Below, in pieces: positions 19,872 through 29,480 of a stretch of 64,000 nucleotides of DNA; position 1 is the first letter of the stretch, and every line of letters begins with the position of its first letter. The position numbers and the translations under genes were made by a program. The DNA lies in IMG/VR virus record IMGVR_UViG_3300042473_001265, positions 62,001 through 126,000 of that record, one strand, 5' to 3'. The notes under the pieces are model-generated. The model had not been told where the DNA came from and searched no databases. It saw nothing but the letters and a program-made list of their open reading frames with translations.

Positions 19872-20827
19872 GCACTGTTGTAGTAACAGGTGCTGCTGGT
19901 TACATTGGTGGCGAAATTGCCCTGTTGTTGAAAGATGCAGGGCACACTGTGGTTGGTATTGATCGCAGACCCTTGTCAAGTCATCTCAAAGACGTTATGG
20001 ACTTTGTACAAGCAGACTTTGACAGCGACGACTCTTATCGCAAGTTGATTTCTGTACGGCCCGCAGCCATTGTACACTGTGCAGGCACCAGCTTGGTTGG
20101 CCCTAGCATTCTGCGTCCCAGTGATTACTACAACAACAATGTGGTCAAGACTCTCAACCTGCTGAACATTGTTATGGCTGCAATGCCGCAAACCAGATTT
20201 ATCTTTAGCAGCAGTGCAGCAGTGTACGGTGACCCTGTTATGACTCCGTGTGATGAAGTTGATCCAAAGGAACCCATAAGTCCCTATGGTCAAAGCAAAC
20301 TGATGGTGGAACAGATCCTGGAAAGTTATCACCGTGCATATGGTCTAGACTATGTGGCATTTCGCTATTTCAATGCGTGTGGCGCAGACAGCCAAGGCCG
20401 GCACGGTCAAGAGCCCGGGGCAACACACATCATTGCTCGAGTGCTGGAAAGCATTCGGGACCGTACAGAATTTGTGCTCAACGGCATTGATTACCCCACT
20501 CCCGACGGAACCTGTGTACGAGACTATGTGCATGTGGAAGATATTGCCCGAGCACACGTCATGGCGCTGGATTCAAAAGTCACAGCAGGCGTATACAATC
20601 TTGGATCCAACAACGGAACCAGCAACAGAGAAATCATTGATACAGCACAACAGGTCACTGGCAGTGCTGCGGTCGTTCAACTTAGTCAGGCACGACCAGG
20701 CGATCCACCCGTACTTACTGCCAGTGCTGCCAAGTTTGGAATGGCTGTGGACGGCGCATGGCAAAAACATACTTTGCATGACATGATTTCGCATGCATGG
20801 ACCTGGTACAATCGATCCCATGTTTGA
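19868..20827 (+). CDS. galE: UDP-glucose 4-epimerase
   Basis: VVTGAAGYIG Rossmann motif, FSSSAAVYG, YGQSK catalytic YxxxK, FRYFNACG and RDYVHV. Confidence 0.9.
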   Translation: MSTVVVTGAAGYIGGEIALLLKDAGHTVVGIDRRPLSSHLKDVMDFVQADFDSDDSYRKLISVRPAAIVHCAGTSLVGPSILRPSDYYNNNVVKTLNLLNIVMAAMPQTRFIFSSSAAVYGDPVMTPCDEVDPKEPISPYGQSKLMVEQILESYHRAYGLDYVAFRYFNACGADSQGRHGQEPGATHIIARVLESIRDRTEFVLNGIDYPTPDGTCVRDYVHVEDIARAHVMALDSKVTAGVYNLGSNNGTSNREIIDTAQQVTGSAAVVQLSQARPGDPPVLTASAAKFGMAVDGAWQKHTLHDMISHAWTWYNRSHV

Positions 20828-21407
20828 TAAGATTCTAAAATTTGAACATGCGCTGGCAGAGTTCACCGGCGCACCTTATGTGATCATGACCGATTGCTGC
20901 ACACATGCCATCGAACTTTGTCTACGCTATGACCGGATACGAAGCTGTAGTTTTACAGCATTTACCTATCTGAGTGTGGCCATGACCATGCACAAACTGG
21001 GCATCAAGTACGGCCTGGAAAACGAAGTCTGGACCGGTGAGTATCACATTCATGACACTCGAATCTGGGACAGTGCTAGACGACTGGAAAAGAACATGTA
21101 TCGACCTGGTGCCATGCAGTGCTTGAGTTTTGGACACGGTAAACCCCTGCATATTGGTCGTGGTGGTGCCATCTTGTTGGATGATCCAGCAGCATACGAG
21201 ATCATGATTCGTCAACGCTATGATGGACGCGACCTAAATACATCACCCTGGCAAGCACAACACACATTTCAAGTTGGATATCACTACAAGCCCACGCCCG
21301 AAGAAGCTGTTCAAGGTCTGGCCATGTTGGAAGGAATCAAGGACCAAGGCTGTGTGCCTGTGCATGTCGCTTACCCAGACCTAAGAACTATTACCATAGT
21401 AGATTGA
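20820..21407 (+). CDS. short DegT/DnrJ/EryC1/StrS-like PLP-dependent protein
   Basis: FEHALAEFTGA..CTHAIEL and SFGHGKPLHIGRGG with the PLP lysine; only about 195 aa. Confidence 0.65.
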   Translation: MFDKILKFEHALAEFTGAPYVIMTDCCTHAIELCLRYDRIRSCSFTAFTYLSVAMTMHKLGIKYGLENEVWTGEYHIHDTRIWDSARRLEKNMYRPGAMQCLSFGHGKPLHIGRGGAILLDDPAAYEIMIRQRYDGRDLNTSPWQAQHTFQVGYHYKPTPEEAVQGLAMLEGIKDQGCVPVHVAYPDLRTITIVD

Positions 21408-21432
21408 CTTTGCAGTCTAAATACTATACAAT
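21404..21432 (+). promoter_or_regulatory. sigma70-type promoter for folE
   Basis: TTGACT-N17-TATAAT. Confidence 0.65.
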
Positions 21433-21472
21433 CAACAAAAGCAATCCACTGCGTCAACATCGGAGAAAAAGT

Positions 21473-22171
21473 ATGGACACAAGTAAAAATTTAGCACAGG
21501 TGCTTCGCGAACGAATGCAAGCCGACAACAAGCGTTTCTGGGCTGGTGATAACATCAGCGAGTATGTTAAAGATGAGTTTGACAAGAACTATCTTATTGA
21601 AGAGGCAACTGTAGCGTTTGAGGGTGTACTCGATGCACTGTTAATTGATCGTGAGAATGATCCTAATAGCAAAGGTACAGCACGCCGCCTTGCTAAAATG
21701 TACTTCAATGAAATTATGGCAGGTAGATATGAACCAGCACCAGATGCAACCGCTTTCCCAAATGATTCGGCAGACCGTTACGAAGGTATGTTGGTGGTTA
21801 GAAGTGAGCTTCGTAGTATGTGTAGTCATCATCATCAGCCTGTGTCCGGTGTGGCTTATATCGGAATCATTGCTGCTCAAAAACTTATTGGTCTTAGCAA
21901 GTACACTCGCATTGCTCAGTGGTGTGCCCGTCGCGGTACATTACAGGAAGAACTCTGCAATGACATTGCACGAGAAATCTCCAAAGCAACTGAAAGCGAC
22001 AATGTAGCAGTGTATCTTGAAGCGGAACATGGCTGCTGCACCAATAGAGGAATAATGGCGCACAGTAGTCTGACACAGACCACAGTGCTCAAAGGTGCAT
22101 TCAAGGACGACAAAGGAACAAAGAAGGAATTCTTTGACAATATCTTGCTTCAGTCAAGAAACGGTAATTAA
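21473..22171 (+). CDS. folE: GTP cyclohydrolase I
   Basis: SMCSHHHQP, GLSKYTR, QEEL, HGCC..RG and TKKEF motifs; ATG at 21473 with GGAG SD. Confidence 0.95.
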   Translation: MDTSKNLAQVLRERMQADNKRFWAGDNISEYVKDEFDKNYLIEEATVAFEGVLDALLIDRENDPNSKGTARRLAKMYFNEIMAGRYEPAPDATAFPNDSADRYEGMLVVRSELRSMCSHHHQPVSGVAYIGIIAAQKLIGLSKYTRIAQWCARRGTLQEELCNDIAREISKATESDNVAVYLEAEHGCCTNRGIMAHSSLTQTTVLKGAFKDDKGTKKEFFDNILLQSRNGN

Positions 22172-22187
22172 ATTAAAGGAAAATAAT

Positions 22188-22715
22188 ATGACACAAACTG
22201 TACCCAATGTAAAATTTGCATTTCGCGAAGGCGACGAAGCTCCCGAAGATGGCGGTTGCCCGATCGGCGGAGAATTTGTTTTTAAAACAAGCACGGATTT
22301 GTTTGCCAACAAACAAGTGATTGTCTTTAGTCTGCCCGGAGCATTTACTCCCACTTGCAGCACATACCAACTGCCGGGCTTTGAACAAAAGTTTGAAGAA
22401 TTTCGAGCCAAAGGCATTGATGAGATTTATTGCATCAGTGTCAACGATGCCTTTGTAATGAACGAATGGGCTCGATCGCTGGGTATTAAAAATATCAAAG
22501 TCGTCCCAGACGGCGCCGGTACTTTTACCGACGGAATGGGCATGACAGTTGACATGAGTGAGATTGGATTTGGCCTGCGCAGTCGTCGTTATGCGGCAGT
22601 GATCAACAACTGCAAAGTAGAAAAAATGTTTGTGGAACCCGACTCCAGTGCCGCAGATCCAGATCCTTACGGTGTTTCTAGCCCCGAGAGTGTGATGAAG
22701 TACATCGACCAATGA
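22188..22715 (+). CDS. peroxiredoxin (Prx5 type)
   Basis: [20 protein letters not shown] and RSRRYA motifs. Confidence 0.9.
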   Translation: MTQTVPNVKFAFREGDEAPEDGGCPIGGEFVFKTSTDLFANKQVIVFSLPGAFTPTCSTYQLPGFEQKFEEFRAKGIDEIYCISVNDAFVMNEWARSLGIKNIKVVPDGAGTFTDGMGMTVDMSEIGFGLRSRRYAAVINNCKVEKMFVEPDSSAADPDPYGVSSPESVMKYIDQ

Positions 22716-23038
22716 CCTATGTTGTAACCGAAGAATGTATTCTTTGCAAACACACTGACTGTGTTGCGGTGTGTCCGGTAGATTGTTTTGTGGAAGGTCC
22801 AAACTTTCTAGCAATCGACCCGGATGGATGTATCGACTGTGCAGTGTGTGTGCCCGAGTGTCCAGTCAATGCTATCTATGCCGAGGATGATGTTCCGGCA
22901 CACTTACAAGCATTTGTGGATATCAATGCAGAATTGGCAAAAAAATGGTCGCCTATAACCAAACGAAAAGATCCACTGCCAGACCATGAAAAATGGACAA
23001 ATGTTCCCAATAAATTAGAACATTTGGATCGCAGTTGA
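22712..23038 (+). CDS. fdxA: 7Fe ferredoxin (FdxA-like)
   Basis: [18 protein letters not shown] and [12 protein letters not shown] motifs. Confidence 0.9.
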   Translation: MTYVVTEECILCKHTDCVAVCPVDCFVEGPNFLAIDPDGCIDCAVCVPECPVNAIYAEDDVPAHLQAFVDINAELAKKWSPITKRKDPLPDHEKWTNVPNKLEHLDRS

Positions 23039-23095
23039 CTATAAAATATTCTTTTGTTATAATGAATACTTAACCAACCATATAGGAGGTCCGCA

Positions 23096-25309
23096 ATGAC
23101 CAAAGTATTGAAATTTTTTGCAATTGCCGTGATGGCAATGACCATGGGGCTGGCAGTAGCAGCTGATGTAGTTCGCTATGCGTATATCACTGCCATGGTA
23201 AAACAACCCAATGGCACGGTGATTAACCAACAATGGAAATACACCTACATCAACAACAAGCTTCGAGCCAAGGACCTAATCAGTGCCACAACAGTTGGCG
23301 CCGTGGCATCTGTTGCGCGGCCTGTAACCCCAACTGTGACTCCAGCGGTGACTCCAGCGGTGATCCCAACTGTGCCCAGGCTAGTGTTTGATGCCAATTT
23401 CAACGCGGCCACCTACTACAACAACCCCAACATGGGCACGCCTACAGCAGTGCCCAGTTTTGACCCCAGCTGGTATTTGACCAGTGAGGCTGGCAAAACA
23501 ATCTCAGCCACGGGTGCCAACTATGCCTATGCTCGTGGCTGGACTGGCAAGGGCTCGACCATTATGGTGATGGACACTGGCATTGCTGTGGCTGGCAGTG
23601 AGTTTGCTGGAAAAATCAAATACAGCGTGGACTACACACAGACCAGCATATTGGACACAGTGGGTCACGGCAGCCAGGTGGCAGCCATTGCGGCCGCTGC
23701 TCGTGACGGCAAAGGCATGCATGGTGTGGCCTACGATGCCAATCTGGCCATTGCCAAGATTGGCACGGGTAATAGCGTCAGCATGGCATCAGCTCGTCAA
23801 GCACTGGTGTGGGCACAGCAGTACACAGACATTGTGGTGGCTAACTTGAGTTCCAATGTGAACTATGCCGCTGACTACACCAGATCTGTTTACAGGTTGG
23901 CTGACGGTACTTTTTACAGCAACCATGTCAACTACGGTGGCACCAACTACTACAACTTGGAACGACCAACTGATTGGTCTGCGGTGTTGGGCAAGCAAAT
24001 GGTGCTGGTTGTGGCCGCAGGCAATCAAGGCCTAGGCTATGTGCAGTCGCCTGCGGTGTTTGCGTCTGCTGTGGGCCGAGACGGCCGACTAGTGATGAAT
24101 GGGCAGATGATTATTGCAGGTGGCTGGAACACCACCACCAACTCAGTGGAGGGCAACGGTGCAGGACACATTTGCAAAGTGTCAGTGAATCAGGTGTGTC
24201 AAGACAGTTATCGCACCAAAGACTTCTTCTTGATGGCGCCCAGTGTGGCCATTGAAACTGTGGGTGCAGACGGTGCATATCGAACCAGCAGCGGCACCAG
24301 TTTTGCTGCACCTGCCATATCTGGTGCAGTGGCTGTGGTTCATCAGTTGTGGCCCTACATGAAGGGTGATCAGCTGGCTCAGCTGCTGTTTAAAACTGCC
24401 AATAAAAACATAAAAAACTACAACGCAGATCAAATGGGCCATGGGCTGTTGGATCTCAACAGGGCCACACAGCCAGTGGGGTCGCTGGGCGTTTCAGTCA
24501 CAGGTCGAACAGGCACAGCGCGGCCACTCAGCGGCGGTTTGGCCATTGCTGGTGTGATGGATGCATCAGTGTCCAGCATGCTGTCGGCTGTGTCGGCTGT
24601 TGACAGCTTTGAACGAGACTTCACAGTGAACCTGTCATCTGCTGCTGGCAGCACTGTGCAGCCTGTGGAACACATGCAGCAGACTGCGGGACAAAGTTGG
24701 AGCAGTAAATTTGCAGGTCCTTCAGTCACAGCCCGAGGTGTGACCATCAGTGGCACGGGTGCCAACATCAGTGTGGGAGTCAGCAGCCAAGCATTTGATC
24801 TTCATCGGCAAGCCTTGCAGTATCAAGCCACAGTCACACAAGTGGCACACAATCCTTGGGTCAACTTCTCTGGCATGTGGGGACAAAGTGCAGGCTCCAC
24901 CACTGCTGAATTCAGCATGTTGTACAGCCCAGACGCTTCGGGTGCATGGGCACAGGCAGGTGTTATGAACACTGCGGGCCAATACCAGTACGCCATGGTC
25001 AATCGCGTGTCTGACATTCGCAGTGCCTATGCTGTAGCAGGGTGGAGGAACAACAGTGTGAACTTGTATGCTGGCTTCAAGCCTACTGTGACCAGTGGCT
25101 CAGTCAACTTGACAGTTCCCACCAGTGTTGATGCTGATGGAGTCATGCACTACAGCAACGCAACCAATCAGATCCGTAACCAACGCACTGGTTTTGTTGG
25201 CGCCAGTGTTGACTATGCACCTGTGCGCAATCACAGCCTAAATTTATCAACAACATATGGCCAAGATGGCACAGGCCAAATTGGTTTGAAATACAAGATT
25301 GCTTTATAA
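23096..25309 (+). CDS. secreted S8 (subtilisin-like) peptidase with a C-terminal beta-rich, autotransporter-like domain
   Basis: Signal peptide; catalytic triad motifs MDTG, GHGSQVA and GTSFAAP; beta-strand-rich C-terminus. Confidence 0.85.
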   Translation: MTKVLKFFAIAVMAMTMGLAVAADVVRYAYITAMVKQPNGTVINQQWKYTYINNKLRAKDLISATTVGAVASVARPVTPTVTPAVTPAVIPTVPRLVFDANFNAATYYNNPNMGTPTAVPSFDPSWYLTSEAGKTISATGANYAYARGWTGKGSTIMVMDTGIAVAGSEFAGKIKYSVDYTQTSILDTVGHGSQVAAIAAAARDGKGMHGVAYDANLAIAKIGTGNSVSMASARQALVWAQQYTDIVVANLSSNVNYAADYTRSVYRLADGTFYSNHVNYGGTNYYNLERPTDWSAVLGKQMVLVVAAGNQGLGYVQSPAVFASAVGRDGRLVMNGQMIIAGGWNTTTNSVEGNGAGHICKVSVNQVCQDSYRTKDFFLMAPSVAIETVGADGAYRTSSGTSFAAPAISGAVAVVHQLWPYMKGDQLAQLLFKTANKNIKNYNADQMGHGLLDLNRATQPVGSLGVSVTGRTGTARPLSGGLAIAGVMDASVSSMLSAVSAVDSFERDFTVNLSSAAGSTVQPVEHMQQTAGQSWSSKFAGPSVTARGVTISGTGANISVGVSSQAFDLHRQALQYQATVTQVAHNPWVNFSGMWGQSAGSTTAEFSMLYSPDASGAWAQAGVMNTAGQYQYAMVNRVSDIRSAYAVAGWRNNSVNLYAGFKPTVTSGSVNLTVPTSVDADGVMHYSNATNQIRNQRTGFVGASVDYAPVRNHSLNLSTTYGQDGTGQIGLKYKIAL

Positions 25310-25701
25310 TGAAACATAGAACTCACATATTTTCGGAAAATATTCCAAGTTCAATTGAGGATAGTTCTGCTCCATGGACAAGTTTGGTAAGAGAAGACTT
25401 CCATGTGGCAGTGTACGAGGACCGTTATCCGTGTACGCCAGGCCACCTGTTGTTTGTGCCCAAGCACAATACTATGTCAGTGGTACTGGATGCATTCAAC
25501 GATGCAATTATACATGGACAGACCATGATTGAGAATGGTCAATGTGACGGATTCAATATTGGTATGAATTACGGCAGTGCCGCAGGACAGACAGTCGAGT
25601 GGCCACATGTTCATTTGATTCCCAGACGGCACGGAGATGTTGAGGACCCAGTGGGAGGTGTACGCAATACCATTCCTGGCAAGGGCAACTACCATAAATA
25701 A
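25309..25701 (+). CDS. HIT family hydrolase
   Basis: DRYPCTPGHLLFVPK, GFNIGMN and AGQTVEWPHVHLIPR (first His of the triad replaced by Trp). Confidence 0.85.
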   Translation: MKHRTHIFSENIPSSIEDSSAPWTSLVREDFHVAVYEDRYPCTPGHLLFVPKHNTMSVVLDAFNDAIIHGQTMIENGQCDGFNIGMNYGSAAGQTVEWPHVHLIPRRHGDVEDPVGGVRNTIPGKGNYHK

Positions 25702-25730
25702 AAACATAGCGGTCTTGGTGTCACTCCCGC

Positions 25731-25759
25731 TTTACAAACTCTGCCACCTATGCTATAAT
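25731..25759 (+). promoter_or_regulatory. sigma70-type promoter overlapping a structured queD leader
   Basis: TTTACA-N17-TATAAT; ATAAATA at 25694. Confidence 0.55.
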
Positions 25760-25776
25760 CACATAGGAGAAAAATA

Positions 25777-26328
25777 ATGGCAAACTCATCAGTGGACTTA
25801 ATCCGTCATTTAGAAGAAAACTTACAAAACACTAGACCAGTGAACTATAGGTACACCAGCACCAAAGAGTATCACGACTCTTTTCCCTGCGCCTATCGAC
25901 AATGGCGTGCTGACAGTCACTGTAATCTAATACACGGCTACAGCTTCAACATGAAGTTTTACTTTGGTACCAATGATCTGGATGCTCGCAACTGGGCTGC
26001 TGATTATGGAGGTCTCAAAGAACTCAAAGGTATATTGGAAAGTCAATTTGATCACACTTTATTGGTGGCCGAGGACGATCCTGAACTGGCGTTTTACAAA
26101 GAAATGGAACGCCGCAAGTTGGCCAAACTGACTATTCTGCCCAAACTAGGCTGCGAAGGTCTGGCTGACCAGCTGTACAAATATGTCAATGGTGTTTACA
26201 TTCCAGACATGTGGGGTCAGGCAGAATCCAAACGCTTGTGGTGCTATCGTGTGGAAGTGCGTGAAACACAAGCCAACATGGCGTTCCGTGAAGGACATCG
26301 TGAGTGGAATGAAGATTTATTTGAATAA
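25777..26328 (+). CDS. queD: 6-carboxy-5,6,7,8-tetrahydropterin synthase
   Basis: HCNLIHGYS, FDHTLL, GCEGLA and VEVRET motifs. Confidence 0.85.
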   Translation: MANSSVDLIRHLEENLQNTRPVNYRYTSTKEYHDSFPCAYRQWRADSHCNLIHGYSFNMKFYFGTNDLDARNWAADYGGLKELKGILESQFDHTLLVAEDDPELAFYKEMERRKLAKLTILPKLGCEGLADQLYKYVNGVYIPDMWGQAESKRLWCYRVEVRETQANMAFREGHREWNEDLFE

Positions 26329-26336
26329 GAAACAAC

Positions 26337-27158
26337 ATGAGCGAATACCGTATATCACTGCTGTTGCCCACTAGAGGCCGCAAAGAAGCACTAAGGCGCA
26401 GTATTCTCAGCGCAGTTGATACAGCAGATGACGTTGATTCGTTTCAAGTGTTGATAGGATTTGATGATGACGACACAGCAACAGTTGACTATTTTACAAC
26501 GGAACTGCAACCAGAATTGGAACAACTTGGTGTAAACTACCAAGCGCATGTGTTTGCCCCAATGGGATATATTCGTCTAAACGAATATGTAAATGGGCTG
26601 GCACGACATGCCGATGCCGATTGGTTGGTTTTCTGGAATGATGATGCTGTTATGGAAACCCAGGGCTGGGACACTGTGATAGCTGCGCATACCGGTGAGT
26701 TCAAAGTGCTGGCATTTCACACACACAATGATCATCCCTACAGTATTTTTCCCATTGTTCCACGGAAGTGGGTTGACATGTTTGGATATCTAAGTCCACA
26801 TCAAATCAGTGACGCATGGATCAGCCAACAGGCCTATGTACTTGATATATGGAAGCGTATTGAAGTAAATGTAACGCACGACAGATTTGATTTGACCGGC
26901 AACAACAACGACGAAATTTTTGAAAAGCGGCCCATGTTGGAAGGTAATCCAACTGACCCTAGAGACTTTCATCACAAGTTCTGGCATGATAGACGAGTGG
27001 CAGATTTGATCAAAATGGTTGGATACATGAAATCACAAGGTCTAGACTGCACGTTTGCCGAAGCAGTGTTTGCCGGCAAACAAAATCCGTGGGAAAAATT
27101 AAAAGCCAATGATACGAACAACCAAATGGCTCAATGGAAACCTGTATGGGCGAAATAG
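26337..27158 (+). CDS. GT-A fold glycosyltransferase (GT2-like)
   Basis: ISLLLPTRGR, GFDDDD and FWNDDA (DxD-like) motifs. Confidence 0.75.
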   Translation: MSEYRISLLLPTRGRKEALRRSILSAVDTADDVDSFQVLIGFDDDDTATVDYFTTELQPELEQLGVNYQAHVFAPMGYIRLNEYVNGLARHADADWLVFWNDDAVMETQGWDTVIAAHTGEFKVLAFHTHNDHPYSIFPIVPRKWVDMFGYLSPHQISDAWISQQAYVLDIWKRIEVNVTHDRFDLTGNNNDEIFEKRPMLEGNPTDPRDFHHKFWHDRRVADLIKMVGYMKSQGLDCTFAEAVFAGKQNPWEKLKANDTNNQMAQWKPVWAK

Positions 27159-27160
27159 TC

Positions 27161-27940
27161 ATGACATCAACACTGGAACAACGCATCAAACAATACTGGA
27201 ACAATCAGCCTTGCAACATTCGACACAGCGGAAATGAAATTGGCAGTTTAGATTTCTTTAAAGAAGTATCGGCTCGTAGATTCCAAGTGGAGCCACATAT
27301 TCCGGAGTTTGCCGGCTTTCATCTCTGGCAGGGCAAACAGGTTTTGGAAATTGGCCCAGGTATTGGATCTGATGCTGCGGAGTTTGCTCGTCACGGTGCT
27401 GACTATTACGGCATAGACTACAGTGAAGAAAGTGTCAAACTTGCTCGTAAACGATTCGAAGTTGAAGAACTCGACGGCAATTTCCACTGTGGTGACGCCA
27501 GCGACCGAGACATGTACATTGGCTTGCCGCAGTTTGATTTGATCTACAGTTACGGTGTTATACATCATTTTCCTGCCATTGATAAAATTATCAACAATGT
27601 GCATCAAGCTCTCAAGCCCGGTGGCGAATTCCGTTTTATGGTGTATGCCCGTGACAGTTGGAAACAGGCCATGATCAATAAAGGTCTAGATCAATACGAA
27701 GCACAGGCCGGGTGTCCCTATGCCAAAAGCTATACCAAAGATGATATTGCAGTGCTGTTGGGATCGCAATTTCACATTGAGCGGTTGCGGCAGGATCATT
27801 GTTTCATGTATAATGTACAAGCATACAAGCAAGGCCGATATGAACTGGAGCCGTGGTTTGAAGCCATGCCTGCTGCAATGAGAGAAGCTGTCAGAGAGTA
27901 TCTAGGCTGGCACCTGTTGGTCAAAGCACGAAAGATTTAA
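27161..27940 (+). CDS. class I SAM-dependent methyltransferase
   Basis: VLEIGPGIGSD, GIDYS, FDLIYSYGVIHH and LKPGG motifs. Confidence 0.9.
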   Translation: MTSTLEQRIKQYWNNQPCNIRHSGNEIGSLDFFKEVSARRFQVEPHIPEFAGFHLWQGKQVLEIGPGIGSDAAEFARHGADYYGIDYSEESVKLARKRFEVEELDGNFHCGDASDRDMYIGLPQFDLIYSYGVIHHFPAIDKIINNVHQALKPGGEFRFMVYARDSWKQAMINKGLDQYEAQAGCPYAKSYTKDDIAVLLGSQFHIERLRQDHCFMYNVQAYKQGRYELEPWFEAMPAAMREAVREYLGWHLLVKARKI

Positions 27941-27943
27941 TAA

Positions 27944-28354
27944 ATGAAATTGCCAAAAAACTTATCCGTAGATTCAGACTGGTCAACAATCGATCTGTCG
28001 TCGGCAGAGTACACATTAGACAGTAACATGACAACGCCCTACACAATCAATACTTCTACAATCAATACTTCTCCATGGAAAAATGTTTCTGGTACAAGCA
28101 GTACCGGTACAGTGAGCATCAGCGAAAATGGTATTGAAATGCAACCCGGTGCTGATATTGTGATTGGCGGCCAGAGTTTGACAAAAACACTGGCTGCCAT
28201 AAACGAACGATTGGCCATTTTACAACCAAACACCCAACTAGAATCAGAGTGGAAAGAATTGAAAGAGCTGGGCGAACGCTACCGCGAAATGGAGCAAGAC
28301 CTGCTGGAAAAAGCCCGAGTCTGGGGTATACTCAAAGCACCAAGCAAGCGATAG
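27944..28354 (+). CDS. hypothetical protein
   Basis: 136-aa ORF with a coiled-coil C-terminus. Confidence 0.55.
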   Translation: MKLPKNLSVDSDWSTIDLSSAEYTLDSNMTTPYTINTSTINTSPWKNVSGTSSTGTVSISENGIEMQPGADIVIGGQSLTKTLAAINERLAILQPNTQLESEWKELKELGERYREMEQDLLEKARVWGILKAPSKR

Positions 28355-28367
28355 ATGTAACACACCA

Positions 28368-28871
28368 ATGACCGAAGAAAAAAAATCTAATATTGCCAAA
28401 GGTAGAAATAGCTTTGATGCAGATATAGATGGTGCCATTGTTCCGTTCTTCAATCGAAATGTCACGCCGTATGGCACTGAAGCAGGTGGTGCTAAATTTG
28501 AACTGGTTCCTGTTACCAAACAAAAAGACATAATGATCAATCATGCTAGGATGTATGCCCAGCAAGAACATGATAGAATTATGCAGTTGGTTGCTGTGTT
28601 GGAAAAGCAAGCGCAGGATATCAAACGCCGATTGGATGTAACAGATGCAGTGCATGCAGCAGAGTATCAATTTCAAGTGGTGATAGGCAACTGTTACTGG
28701 CTAGCCTGGGACCGCCGCAAAGAAAAAATGCTGCTGGTTCATCATGGACCCAATGACTGGAGTAGTGGGCCGCCCGATAATTATGTGTATCAGTCACAGG
28801 TAAAATACATGGGTGACCATACATGGATGGAAATAACTGAAGGAACAGGCAATGGGAACATATTACCGTAA
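28368..28871 (+). CDS. hypothetical protein (DUF2452-like)
   Basis: 167 aa; coiled segment followed by a YQF.VVIGNCYWL pattern. Confidence 0.55.
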   Translation: MTEEKKSNIAKGRNSFDADIDGAIVPFFNRNVTPYGTEAGGAKFELVPVTKQKDIMINHARMYAQQEHDRIMQLVAVLEKQAQDIKRRLDVTDAVHAAEYQFQVVIGNCYWLAWDRRKEKMLLVHHGPNDWSSGPPDNYVYQSQVKYMGDHTWMEITEGTGNGNILP

Positions 28872-29472
28872 CATAACAAAATTCATTGACACAATTGACA
28901 ACGGCCATTGGATCGAAATTGGAGTGGACCGTGGCGAAGGCAGTACCCGATTCTTTGCGGATCTGTGCCAAGCTCGTGGGGTGGATTTTTACGGTGTAGA
29001 TATGGATGCTGAACAAATTAAACGGGCAACCAGCAATTTAATGGTTGACGGAACACTGCCAGATCATGTAAAATTAGCACAGGCCAAGGGCGAAGAATTT
29101 TTACAACAGTTGGACCCAGCAGTTAAAATATCATTGGCATACCTGGACAACTTTGATTGGGATTACTGGTTGGGTGGCGCAGAAGAAGGGTTTGTAGCCG
29201 GTGTCAAACAGAAGTATAGAGATTTAATGAACATTGAGATGACCAACCTAAATAGTCAGCAAACACACCTGTTGCAGGCAATCTTGTTGATGAACAGGAT
29301 GACTGACAACAGCATTATCATATGTGATGACACTTGGTATCATCCGCAAGAAGGTGTTTTCATTGGCAAGTGCTCTGCTGCTATTCCTTTTCTAATGCTG
29401 CAAGGATATAGACATTTGCACAATGATGGATACAGGCAAAACAGCGGCGCAATTTTTGGAAGATTTAAGTAA
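28852..29472 (+). CDS. SAM-dependent methyltransferase-like protein
   Basis: WIEIGVDRGEGST, LAYLDNFD and IICDDTW motifs. Confidence 0.65.
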   Translation: MGTYYRNITKFIDTIDNGHWIEIGVDRGEGSTRFFADLCQARGVDFYGVDMDAEQIKRATSNLMVDGTLPDHVKLAQAKGEEFLQQLDPAVKISLAYLDNFDWDYWLGGAEEGFVAGVKQKYRDLMNIEMTNLNSQQTHLLQAILLMNRMTDNSIIICDDTWYHPQEGVFIGKCSAAIPFLMLQGYRHLHNDGYRQNSGAIFGRFK

Positions 29473-29480
29473 AGGATAAT

